Shown in pieces: positions 41,019 through 55,349 of a stretch of DNA of 64,000 bases (position 1 is the first letter of the stretch; each line of letters starts with the position of its first letter). Location of the stretch: the NCBI RefSeq assembly GCF_009914755.1, contig NC_060928.1; one strand, 5' to 3'. The position numbers were made by a program, and so were the translations under genes. Source of the DNA: the human T2T-CHM13v2.0 reference genome, Homo sapiens. The notes below the pieces were generated by a model that saw only the letters and a program-made list of their open reading frames with translations, had not been told where the DNA came from and did not search any database.

Positions 41019-41385
41019 TGCATTAGTTTGCCAGGGCTACCATAATAAAGTGCTACAGACTGGGTGGCTTAAACAATGTAAATTAATTCTCTCACAGTTC
41101 TTGAGTCTAGAAGTCTGAGATCAAGGTGTTGGCAGCGTTTGTTTCTTTCAAGGTCTCTTTCCTTGGCTTGGAGATGACTGTCTTATTTCCAGATCTTCAC
41201 ATTATCTTCCTTTTGTACGTGCCTGTTTCCAAATGTTCTCTTCTAATAAGGACACCAGTCATTTTGGATTAGGACCCAACCTAACAACTCCATTTTACCT
41301 CTGTAAAGATCATATCTCCAATACAGTCACATTCGGAGGTACTGAAGGTTAGGACTTTAACATATTAATTTGAGGGAACACATTC
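41019..41385 (-). mobile_element. MLT1A-type LTR
   Basis: cattagtttgccagggctaccataataaag...agaagtctgagatcaaggtgttggcag...ggttaggactttaacat. Confidence 0.88.
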
Positions 41386-42199
41386 TATTTCTGTGCAAAG
41401 TAGAACAGAAGGTAATCAAATCTTGTGACCTGAAGCACAACAGAACCCAAGAGATAGAAAGAATTGAACTGGAGAAGCTGAAAGAGAAGCTACTTTTGGA
41501 GTTCTGTGGCATTTTCCCTATCCAAGCCGTAGGGGAAGAAAAGTAGATACAATCACGTGAGAAAGGTTCTAAAAGTACCAGTTGTATAGCTTGGCATATA
41601 TTGTCTGATGTCTAGTAAACATAAGAAGCCAGTTTTTGATCTCTGCCTGAGAAATTTAATGTAAGAATATATAGCTTACATGATGATTAATTTTATATGT
41701 CAATTTGACTGGACAAAACAGCACCCGGGTTTTTGGTCACACGTTATTCTGGGTGTTTCTGTGGGACGTTTTGAGATAATATTAGCATTTTAATTGGCAC
41801 ACTGAATAAAGCAGACTGCCTGCCCTAATGAGGGTGGGCCTTATCCAATCAGCTGAAGACCAGAAAGAACAAAAAGACTGACCCTCCTGCAAGCGAGAGG
41901 AAGCTCTTCTTGTTGACTGCTGACCTGAGACGTTAGTCTTTTTCTGCCTTCAATATTCCACTGGAACTTTGGCTCTTCTTGTTTCTCAGGCCTGCTGTCT
42001 TTTGAACTGGAACTTATACTATCAGTTGGTTCTCAGGCCTTTGAGGTAGTGTTAGAACTACATCCTCAGATCTCCTGGGTCTACGGCTCTCTGACTAAAG
42101 ATTTTAGGACTTCTCAGCCTTCATACTTGCATGAGCCAATTCCTTGTGTCTCACCCGTTTGCTCTCTTTATCTCTCTCCCCCCACTGTCTCTCTCTGTC

Positions 42200-42203
<4 letters not shown>

Positions 42204-42250
<47 letters not shown>

Positions 42251-43108
42251 CATACTGCAAGTATCTGTTAAACTGTATATATGTATACAGTTTTCCAAGC
42301 CGTATTTGTATGTAGTCTACAATATGCCAAACATTGTGTTACAATCTAAGTACATAAAAATGAATGACAAGTTCCCTTAAAGAGTTAATAGTGTGGAAGA
42401 GGAACATATATATATATATATATTTATAAAATATATATATATATCATATATATTATATATGATATATATCATATATATCATATATAATATATATATAATA
42501 TATATCATATATATGATATATATATCATATATATGTGATATATATCACACATATATATAATATATGTATCATATATATAATATATATCATATATATAATA
42601 TATATCATATATATATATAAAAAATTGTACCGAGGACTCCATATACATATACACACACACACACACAAATATATATATATATACACACACCATATATATG
42701 TACTATATATACACCATATATATACACACATGCAAACACACACACAGTTTCTCCATTGAGACACACACATATACATATATATATATATATATATATGATT
42801 GGAGCATTACTTCTATATACCTAGAGACTATATATATATATATATATACACATGCACACATACCTAGAGAGTGCAGATCTCTATATATCTAGGTGTGCAT
42901 GTGTATTTATATACATATACTTATAAATGTGTATATATACACCTAGACGTATATATGTATATATACACATATATACTATATATGTACACACCTAGATATA
43001 GGTCAAAAGGTATATAAAAACCATATATATGTGCATATATATAAAGGGAGAGACTGTATGTGTGTGTGCATGTGTGTGTGGGTATATATATATAGTATCA
43101 TATATACA
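42204..43108. repeat. Complex (TA)n/(CA)n/(TATATCA)n low-complexity tract
   Basis: Directly visible dinucleotide-rich runs; accounts for the YI/CV-rich ORFs. Confidence 0.93.
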
Positions 43109-43109
43109 T

Positions 43110-43572
43110 CAGTGATTCCATAAGATTATAATGGACGTAGCATGGTGTTGTATGCCTGTAGTCCCAGCTACTCAAGCGACTGAGATGGGAGGGTTGCTTG
43201 AGGACAGGAGTTCATATCTAGCCTATCGACACAGCAAGAGTCCATCTTAAAAAAATATATACAGATTATAATGGAGGTAAAAAATATCCAGTGCCTAGTG
43301 ATGTCATAGCTACAAAAACATCATAGTGCAGTGCATTACCTTTTCTATATTTAGATATGTTTAGATACGCAAATACTATTTGTTACAATTGCCTATAGTA
43401 GTCAGTACCATAACACATCTGTAGCTTAGGAGCAATAGGATATACCATATAACCTAGGTGTGTAGTAAGCTATATTACCTAGGTTTGTGTAAGTACACTC
43501 TGTGATGTTTGCACAATGAAGAAATCACCTGATGATGCATTTTTCAAAACATATCACTGTTGTTAAGCAACA
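43110..43572. mobile_element. Tigger3 (Golem)-family non-autonomous DNA transposon
   Basis: ccataagattataatgga...ttttctatatttagatatgtttagatac...ctaggtttgtgtaagtacactct...gttaagcaac. Confidence 0.85.
43136..43262 (+). mobile_element. Monomeric Alu (FLAM_A-like) inside Tigger3
   Basis: gcctgtagtcccagctactc...ttgcttgaggacaggagttc, A-tail, and a perfect 13-bp TSD agattataatgga (43123-43135 and 43263-43275). Confidence 0.9.
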
Positions 43573-46200
43573 TCTCATTGGTTCCATTTCTCTAGAGAAC
43601 CCTGACTAATACATCTAAATCTGTCAGTGATTATAATGGGAACAAAGGCTGTACTGCCTTTGCTGATAGAACAGAGGAGTGTTTTTTATGGTCCAGATGT
43701 GATCATGTAAGGGGAAGGTGCTCCCAGAGATTGTCCAAGAGGCCTTTCTGGGCAGAAAGACATTGGAGGTGTATTGTTAAAAGAGAAAGTTGAGGGGGTG
43801 TCACACAGCTCACAACAGTGAAGAGGCACTGCCTGATACAAGTAAGGCTACAGTCACTGAAATCTCAAAGAAAACCACTAAAGTGTTCCAAGATAAAAAG
43901 ATTTGGTGTTGAACTTGAGCACACAAATGCCAGATTATTTCTTAAATGAGATTGTCTTGTCCCTTGTCTCTTCTCCTGACCCAATTCTACAGTTATCACA
44001 AGACAAGAGGGAGGAACAGAGAAAGATTATTGAATTGACTATGCTCACTCCCTTGATTCACTGCAGTCTTCCCAGACTACAGTCAGCCTATTCCAATTAT
44101 TTGCTGAGTGTTTATATTTGTGCATTGAATTTGATATGTTCATTACTAAGGTAAAACTCTTATGCTGAGAGTGACCAGGAACTTTTGGATGGCTTGAAAA
44201 TCTATAAAGGCTTCTTGATATTTGAGTCTGCAGAGTCTGGAGAAAGGAGTCCAGTAGGTGTGCAAGGATAGTTACAGAGAAAAAAACCTTGCTTTATGAT
44301 TTTACTCAAGTGTTCATTTATTCAATGTACACATTAATAGTCATTCATCAAATAAGTATTTGTACAGGAAATATGTGAATAATTCTCATTGTTTTGAAAG
44401 TATCCTTGTTACTTCTCAAACATTCTACTACAGTTTAACAAATACTTGAAGTATGTCTACAATATGCCAAACACCATGTTAGATTCTAAGTATATAAAAA
44501 TGAATAAGACAAGTTTCCTTGAAGAGTCAATAGTGTGCAAAAGAAACATATAAAATATAATTCCATGGAATGCACTAGTTGCTGTAGTAGAGGGAGACAG
44601 AGGACCTTACAGGACTGTGTGGAAGGAGCCACTGCCACTATCAAACATCATTGTGAGATGACTTTTGTGGAGCATCTGATGCACACTAGACACTGCTCTT
44701 GCAGTTTTAGGCCCTGGAAACCACTCAAACACATTAGAAAGTAGGTATCCCCAGCACTTTGGGAAAATCGTTATTTTTTTGGATTCACACTAAAATTGTA
44801 CATTCATTAAATTCTTCTGACACCTTTGCCCCCCACCCCACAATGTATCAAGATTTGTGGGGCTTGATTTCCAAATGTGCAAAGAACAATAATCATTTTA
44901 AAGAAAATCATCAATCTAAAATCCATCAATAAATAATAGTGAGCCATAAGAATCTCTAAATTTGAAATAAAGAAATATTCAAATTATCTGAATTATGGAT
45001 AAAAGTTATGACTGTTTAATACAGGGTACACAGAACATTAGTTAAAATAAATCCAAATTAAAACAAAAGTAATCATCTTTTTCACTTCTATTTTACCCCT
45101 TTTGGTTAGGGTAAAGATTATACAAATCAATTGCATCTCTTCCCAGGCAAACTCAATTCCTCAGGCGTGCATATGTTAAGACCTTATCATGGCCATTATT
45201 CTAACTGGGATGTGATTATTTTAAGGAGTATAGATGATAGAAACATTCCAGTCAAACATCTAGTTGTTATTAGGTTCAGTTCCAGAACTTGTTGAGCTCA
45301 AAATTCCCATGCCCATGGGAACAGAGTTTGGGCTGTAACTTCAGTCCTCTATTGTAAACATTAATTTCTAGAATGTGCAATTCAGTGGATCATCCTAGAT
45401 AATATCTACGGTTTTTGTTTTGAGTTAGAATTTCTCTTGCTAAGATTCTGAGGTTCAAAATATATCTTCTTTTTTTCTGCTTTTATACATTATTATTCAG
45501 ATTTATTGTCATCAATTTACTGTTGCCAGTTGACTAATTAGTGAAGAAATGTTGCCAGATTTCTGCATGCTCATTTTATGCAGATCTTTTGTGCCAAGGA
45601 CATTTCTGGTGTATGTTTGCAATGCTGAAAATCAGGAGAGTGAGCATGATCATTTTTATGACTGTTGTTTAGAGATTCCCTCAGGTAAGAGCATAAAAAG
45701 AATAGACTTGAAAGATAATTCAAAATATAAACACTTCTGCTTACATAATAAAATGTAAACTTTATACTATTGCATGCAAATCCATGAACAATTTAAACTT
45801 CCCATCTTCATCCTATTACACTCTTTACTACATCCTCCAGGCACCTTCAGATGACTTGCCATGATTCAAATATGCCTTTTACTTCTTCTTCTTTCTTTGC
45901 CTGGTAAACTGTTTGACATCCTTTAAGATTCTCCCAAAAATTCTCTGTGTTCATCAGCACTCTCCTTTATGAAAGTTGCCCAAATCTCTCAGAAGGCCAC
46001 TTCCCAGTTACACTCATTCTCATAGCACTATTCTACAGTTCTATTATAACATTTATTATGTCACATCACAATTGGTAATGTAGCTGTCTCACTGGAAAAA
46101 CAATTTAGTTGAGAAAGGAAGAGGAAGGAAACAAATATGAGTTTGGTTATATGCATATTTCTTTCCCCCACCCCAAACCTATGCCTAGTGTCTGTCCTAG

Positions 46201-46795
46201 TGGAAGCAACCTAGGTGTCCATTATCAGATGAATGGATAAAGATAATATAAGATATATACACAATGGAATATATTCAGCCTTTAAAAAGAAGGAAATTTT
46301 GTCATTTGCAACAACATGGATGAACCTGGAGGACATCAACCTAAGTAAAATAAGCTGGGCCAACAAGACAAATACCACACGATCTCACGTAATACGAAAT
46401 CTAAAAAAGTCAGACTCATACAAAAAGCAGATAGAATGGTGGTTACCAGAGGCTAGGGGTGGAAGGTGAGTGGGAAAACTGGAGATTATCCAACATCAAC
46501 TGGAGTTGTTGAATAAAGGGTACAAAATTTCAGTTAGACAGGAGGAATGAGCCTTAGTGATCTATTGCACAGAATTGTGACTATAATAAATAACAATGCA
46601 TCATATAGTTCAAAATTACTAAAAGAACAGATTTTTAAAATGTTTTCAGTACATAAATATGGTATGTGAGGTAATAGATTTGCTAATTAGCTTGATTTAA
46701 TCATTCCCCATTGTAACCATGTATCAAAACATCACATTGTACCCCATAATATATACAATTATTATTTGTTAATTAAACATAAAAGAAAAAAGAAC
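46201..46795 (+). mobile_element. L1MA-type 3' end
   Basis: tggaagcaacctaggtgtccatt...gcaacaacatggatgaacctggaggacat...aaacatcacattgtaccccata, A-rich tail. Confidence 0.9.
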
Positions 46796-46919
46796 TTAAG
46801 GTCTGAACCTAGCTGGATTGTCTGCCAAAATAAACACATTAACGTTGAGGATTACAACAAGATCCAGAGTCTATAAAACATAACATTCACAATACTCAGG
46901 AAAAAAGTCAAAATTACTC

Positions 46920-47274
46920 AAAATTCATTTGTTGAAGTTCTAACTCTCAGTACCTCCAAATCTGACTATTGTTGGAGATAGGATATTTAAAGAAGTAATT
47001 AAGTTAAAATGAGGCCATTAGGGTGGACCCTAATTGAACATGACTGGTGTCTTTATAAGAAGAGGAGATTAGGATACCAAGAATGCCATGTGAAGACACA
47101 GGAAGAAGACCAGCTACTAGCCAAGGATAGAGCCCTGAGAAGGAATCACTCTTGTAGATACCTTGATCTTACAATTCTCGACTCCAGAACTGTGCAAAAA
47201 TAAATCACAGGTTCAGTACTTTAAGCCATGCAGCCTGTAGTACTTCGTTATGGCAGCCTTAGCAAACTAATACA
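46920..47274 (+). mobile_element. MLT1A/B-type LTR
   Basis: aaattcatttgttgaagttctaac...aagttaaaatgaggccattagggtggacccta...gttatggcagccttagcaaactaataca. Confidence 0.88.
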
Positions 47275-47277
47275 CAT

Positions 47278-49095
<1,818 letters not shown>

Positions 49096-49099
49096 CATA

Positions 49100-50115
49100 T
49101 AGTCTATTCTCTTTATCCATAGTAGTTATGTTCTATTAAGTCACCACAAATACTGAATCAGAAAATACACAGCTATTGCTACTGGGAAATACAGGGTTAG
49201 GTTCCTGTGAGCCTCTGGTCACATTTTGTTCAACCGAAATGTCATTTGCATTATACATGTTCATTTGCCAAGGACCTTGTAAGGTAAGCCAGTCTCATCA
49301 GCATTGAAAACCTGCTCCTCTACGTAACCTTTTTCCCTGTAACACTTAGCAGGTATTCTTAAAATTCCTCTGCAGTCTTCTTATCTGCAGAACCTGCCTC
49401 ACATTGAAGCCTAACATTTTTTATGTGATATCACCATTGGAAAGACACAAGCTGGCCAGTACTAGCCAAGGAGGTTTTAACATTTTCCTGACCTTGGGTA
49501 ACACATCCATAAATGTCTTGGACTTTCAGTCTCACAACAATGCTATCCAGTATGCTTTTTTTTTAATTGAAAAAATAAGCTATCATCTCATTAATTCACA
49601 AATTTAACTTTTCTTTGTTTTCCATGGCTTCATTTATAAATATTACTTTAACACTTTCTGGAACAGCCTCAGATACAGATTGGCAAATTTTTTCTTCCTT
49701 TTCTGGTTGTAACATATTAATATTGAGCTCCCAGTGGAAAGCACTAGAACTCATGCCTAAAGGAAGCTTATCCAAATGACATATTTTCTCTATAAAACAC
49801 ATCACAGACTTCCTGCATTTAGGAACATCAGACAGCACTTTAGTGGTAGGTTCGAGAGACCAATTTTAAACTGCAAAATCACCAACAAAAAGCACAAAAA
49901 TGTGGACAACTGAAAGGACACATTTTTTTGGTGTCACTGAAAGGACAACCAAAAACAGGGTACTTGTTTACAATTTGAGAGCTGAAACATGAAAGAGAAA
50001 TTTTTTTCAAATTTTTCACCACTCCACGCATCTTCAGATGACTACAAAAGTGCCATGATGTTATCAAGTAGGTGAATTTACAAATACAGGATTCACAAAT
50101 AAAAACGATCAACTC
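49100..50115. mobile_element. Tigger-family DNA transposon (MER82-related termini)
   Basis: gtagttatgttctattaagtcaccacaaatactgaat...aaatacagggttaggttcctgtgagcctctggtcaca at the left; gtaggtgaatttacaaatacaggattcacaaat at the right. Confidence 0.8.
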
Positions 50116-51289
50116 TGTGTGGTTTGCTGTACTTCAATTATACTTCAATAAAATTGTGAAGAAAATCATTTGTCCCTTGTTCAAATGAATGAATGAATGA
50201 ATGAATGAATGAACTTAAGTAACTACAAAACAAAGCTTTTTATTATGGAGGTGCTTAACAGCTCCTCAGAGACTTTTGGGAATTGGGTAGTAATGTCTAG
50301 CCATTCCTTCTGTGCCATGTGCAGAACAAAAACCACATCTGACAAGCACAGGCTGCCAGCTTGGTGACATTGATACTTCACTGTAGTTAAGTTCCCACTT
50401 CAGGGAGAAAGCATGTGGAAAAAATGGAGATAATGCTCCAACACATGGAGACCGTCCTCCAACAGAGTTTATAAATGCGAAGAGGAAAGCAGGGCAATTT
50501 TTCAGTACATACTTTGCTGTTAGGCTTTTTACAAGTCTACTCCTTCCTAAGTTTCCAGCAGTCCCTGTGACCTGAAAGAAGTCTGTACATTTTTCTGGTA
50601 TAAAATTAGCACGCTGAGCATGTCACCAGGATGACTCTTGTGCAGGCAATTTAGAGACTGCAGCTCACCCAGTTCAGAGGCATATCTCTTTCCAAGTCTT
50701 GTTAGCATACATGCCACCAATATCTTTAAAAAACAATATTTCTTTAGCATTCTAAATTCTAGGGTCTCCTTAAAAACAACCAATATTGCCAATTATTTCC
50801 TAAATGTGTCACTAGCCCTCTACCGTTGCCAAGCTACTCATTTTAACAGGCTTTCTCCACATTCCCTTTTAAATTATTCCTCAGCATTCTTACATGTAGA
50901 TCATTTGTGTCTAAATGCAAACTTCTTTATGTGTGTTTAAAATATTTCAACTTTAACTCCTAATAACTTGCAGTTCAGAAAGAAAAATAACTGTATGCCT
51001 CACAGATAGCAAGATATTTAATAAACTATATTTTTAAACCTGAATGTTTTGGCCTCTGTGCTGCTGTCTTTTCTGACTATTATTTTTTCTGCTTCTGTCT
51101 TTGTGAAAGCACATATTTCTGTCTATCATTCTCTGTCCCTGTCTTCCTCTTTTTTTTCTCTGATTACTGTCATTCTGTGCTGTTGTTCATCTTTGCAGGT
51201 CTGTTTCTTCATCTGTCTTTCCGTTTTTGTCATTTCTTGCAGTTGAATTTTTTTTTTCTCTATTTCTTTTCGAAGTCGTGGAAGAAAGC

Positions 51290-51545
51290 ACCGTGTGGAG
51301 AACAAGAGCTTGGTCTTTGTACCCAGGTTTCTCAGGTTTGACTACGGCTTTGCTGCTTATTAGTTATAATTTGGGTAAATTACCTACACTCACCAAGCTT
51401 CAGTTTTCCCAGCTGTAAAATGGGGATAGAAATAACACCTTTCTTATATATTCTTTGTGAGCTTTACACAATTCATCCTTGGAAATCACTTGGAAACAAA
51501 GCCTATCACATAGTGACCACCATTAGTGTTTGTTAAATAAGTGTA
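51290..51545 (+). mobile_element. MIR
   Basis: tttgggtaaattacctacactcaccaagcttcagttttcccagctgtaaaatggggata. Confidence 0.8.
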
Positions 51546-53050
51546 ATTCATTATGCAGAAATATTATAATGTTATGGAGACTATATGACTCTGGATTAAG
51601 TGTAAACACTTATAAGAATGAGCTAAATGGAGGGCCAAAAGGGAAAAAGTCTGGGACTGGGCAATAAGAGGGATTTGGGATGAAAACATCTTTTACAGAC
51701 AGGCTTCCTGGATTTTCTAGTAACTATCAGCTGACATATTTAAGAGTGAGGGACAGTCCATTCTCTTACAAGAAGTAGTAAGGAACCAGGAAGCTTCTGA
51801 AACAATTTAGGGATGTATGATTGGGAGGAGCATGGGGAAGGAGTGTAATAGTAATAAAATTATGAAAGAGACGGGTTAAGGTAACCACTCAGAGAGGATT
51901 ATGGTAAGGTTTTTCAGGATAAGGTAAAAGAGCGTATGAAGCCTGTTTGGTTACCATCAGCCCCAGGAAGGGAGTCCGTTGGACAGTGTTTCGAATAAAG
52001 CAGAGGCAATGTCAGTTTCATGATAAGAAAAAGGCAATAATTCTTATGTGGTGTGTATATACATATTACATTTTTTTGGTCAATGCTCTAAAAGAGAGCT
52101 GGTAACTATGTGGATGATTTTTCTTTATATAGAGTGTTTTTAAAACAAATGGAAATAAACGGTACCAAAAGAATAAATGTTGATAAGAATTTTGCCCTGA
52201 AAAAAAACTTCTTCAGTCATCTGCCTTAAAAAGTTCTGATAATCTGTAACCCTTGGTTACAAAATAATTGTCCTGTTGACTATGCCTCTGGGAACTTCTT
52301 GTGATGTACTCAAAGCACCAGTATAAAGTGCTTTCTGGTTTGAATGCTGAGTAACACAAAAAGTAAGGTAGTTTTTATTTTTGACATGACTTGTTTCTTT
52401 CCTTTGTCATGATATTTTTGTTAGAGTTATGAATTCAATGTTCATCATTCAAAAGAACTCACTATCTCATTCAACCATTCTTTCAGCAAACCTGTAATGA
52501 ACTCCTTCAGTGGCTCAGGTACAATCTTATGTGCTAGTGACCAAAAAAAGTATAAACATTTCCTGACCCTGGGAATCTAAACTTAATTTGGAAGACCCCA
52601 CACACCAAAAAGCAATTAAAATAGAATGCAATAAGTATTAATGACATTAGGTGTTACGTACTATAGACACATCAAGGAGCTTGCATTAACTAGGCCAGAC
52701 ATGCTTCAGAAATAAATGACAATTTTTATACACATAACACCCTATCCACTATGACTGTTTTTATCCATATACAGTTGGTACCTCCTGCCTAGGATATATT
52801 TATTCTCATGGCTCAAGTTGTTCAGAATCACATTGCTTCAATTTTTTTCACTCAATTCAGAGTCGATTTTATGATGTATCAACTTAGCCAAGCTGTATTT
52901 CTCAGAATTTCCTTCACTGTATGGTTCTGAGTTAGGGTTAGCCACAAGAGAAATTTGCTAGAGACCTGGAAGGTAGAAAGAAAGCAACAGCTGTTATCCC
53001 ATGAAATTCAGCATAGGTGAGTGTGGGGCAGCAGCCAGACCCATGGCTTC

Positions 53051-54172
53051 TGACAATTCTGAATTTTACCCAAGCCCTGTGCTCCCAGAAAAAAAGATCA
53101 GGTGAAAATCTACCCTATAGTTTTACACACATGCAACCTTTTGTGTTCCAGAACACAGCTTAGGCAAAGAAACTTTCTTCCTCATATGACCTAGATAGGA
53201 CTCACCAGTGGTCTCTCTATGACAAGACCAGACACAGACTTTTCAAACTTCCATTTTTTTTTTGTTTCAGAAATGATTACATTAAGTTCTTGTCCCCGCT
53301 AATGAATAGCACAATACACTTATTAATTACACTTTGGTTAAGCTTCTCTTCCTCCCCAGGTACTTAAACTTTGACCAGCATATGACTGCATCTTAACAGC
53401 CCCATCTGAGAATTGGCTGGCCTCACTGTAAAACATTCTCTGATCTACCATCTGCTACATCTTCATCCCATTTCCTCACACCCCTTTCTGTCTAACTTTG
53501 GTATTCTTTTCTATAATAGAGAAACCCTTTTTGCCTAACCTTGAGATGTTTGGAGTTCTTATGGGCACAGCTTTCTCCTTATTGCAATAGTCCCCCCTCT
53601 TCTCCCTTGCAATCATTCTTTTGTCAAAGAAAATTTGCACTAGACAAGTTAAATAGGCAAGGAAGACTTTATTTAAGACTATTATAATAAGGGAGTGAGG
53701 CTGAACTCACTCCCCAACTCCACTGAAAGAAAAGGCAGGAGAGTTTTTTAGTCCTGGGGTGAGCTTGTGGAAAAGTACTGGAGGATGTGAGGGGGAAGTT
53801 GGTCAGTGCAATCTGTCCAGCACTTTGAGTTATTCCTGAGTTTGCAAATGTTTTTCTGTGATTAGTCCATCTGTGTTTGTTAATTGGTGTCCATGGAAAT
53901 TAGGCTTCTACCCTCCCACAAGGATAGGTTCTCAGGTTTCTGAGAAATACGTTTTCTGGGTGGTAAAACTAGCAAGAGGCTAGAAGAAGCTTTACATATA
54001 TTTCAAAGGAGTAGATCAAGAATTTATAATTCGAAGTTTTTTCAAGTAAAGTGCTTATCGTCAGGAAGAAGGGTATCAAAGGTTTAATCAAGCTGAGGGG
54101 AGAGTTAAGGCCCTCTTGGTCATCTTCAAATGAATTCTCTTTTTACTAAATCCAGATTTGCTTTTACATTTG
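53051..54172 (+). mobile_element. ERV1 MER4-group LTR (MER89-like), split by another LTR
   Basis: tgacaattctgaattttacccaagccctgtgctcc...ctattgcaatagtc; 3' end resumes at 54123. Subfamily uncertain. Confidence 0.55.
53622..54122 (-). mobile_element. ERV1 MER4-group solo LTR (MER67/MER31-like)
   Basis: TG...CA termini; ggcaaggaagactttatt (minus-strand AATAAA); minus-strand start tgaccaagagggccttaactctcccctcagcttga. Confidence 0.7.
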
Positions 54173-55349
54173 AGCTCTATCCATTCCTGCCAGACCTCTT
54201 TCAGCTTCTCTGAGTTCTGGGCCAGTCATGTAATCAGCTCTGTGGTCAAGGGTTCTGGCTTCTCTTGAGGGTCACCCAGGATGGGAAGCTGTGAGTGGTC
54301 GATCGGCTGTAGCATGTCCTCACTGAACTCAGTTTGCCCTCTTTCTCCCCATTTCACACTCAGGCCTTCTGACCTGTAAGTCATCATAGGCCACCTCCAG
54401 GAACAGAGGCAACAGCCTTCCAGAGATTTTACCAGCTCCTACCATGGTGGACACATTAATGGTACAATAAATTCTTTATTCCGTACCATTCATAGTGGTT
54501 CTGAGTCTGTGACTGAACCCTGATTTACTGCCTCAGCAAATAAGAATTCAACCAGATATAACTTATAATATTTGCCTTAAATTATAAGTTTGAAAATGAA
54601 TGTATCATTAATATCTCTGACATGATGACAGCAGCAACTTTTTTACACCATAAATATTGAAAGCAAAAAAACCTTTCTAAATTAGATAATCTAATATTTT
54701 TCTACTTTCTGCTGTTTCTACAATTCATTTATATAACTACTTTTGCTGAATTATTAAATGTTCCATTAAAAAGAATTTCATAAATATTTTTCCTTTTTAG
54801 TAAATTCTTTCCCCCTCTTCCTGACAATAATTCTCTACTTAAGTCATCCACCATAAAAAGTTCTGAGAAGTTGTAACCTTAAGTTACCAAAAAAGTTGTG
54901 TTAATTGACTATACTTTGGACTATACCTCCAAGGACTTCTTGTTGATGTACTTCAAGTGTCAGTAAAAGGTTTCCTTTTGGTTTGAATGCTGATTTCTAT
55001 CCACTCCACACCTCCTCAAAACTCCAATATAACATTAGCCTTTTCTTACTCCTTAGGCTTTATATCCAATTAAAATATCAGGTACTGTTGATTTTTTTCC
55101 CCATCTTTCTGGTTTGTATCTTCATCACTGTATTATAGACTACTGAACTATAGCCATGACTGACCTCAACTCCTTGCTTTGGGTTTTTGCTCTGAAGCCA
55201 ATCCAGTATACCACGAATGAAAAAGTCAACATAAAATAGCTAATATACCATATCATTCCCCTATTTAGAAAGCATCAACAACTCTCTACTACAAAGTTCA
55301 AATCCCTAAGCATAAAATTCAAAGCCTTTCATTTGTTGCACTAATCCCC

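Larger units (their letters stand above)
41679..43613 (+). mobile_element. MLT2B-type (ERVL) LTR expanded by microsatellites and nested insertions
   Basis: 5' part tgatgattaattttatatgtcaatttgactgg...atgagccaattcctt (to ~42200); 3' terminus attggttccatttctctagagaaccctgactaataca (43577-43613). Confidence 0.88.
52860..54528 (+). mobile_element. ERVL LTR (LTR41-like) containing two nested ERV1-type LTRs
   Basis: 5' part ttttatgatgtatcaacttagccaagctg...gagttagggttagccacaagagaaatttgc; 3' part catagtggttctg...gactgaaccctga. Confidence 0.65.

Noticed and set aside
51060-51242. Long pyrimidine-rich tract with two TTGCAG acceptor-like motifs
   Set aside because: No convincing downstream donor or exon; a MIR follows.
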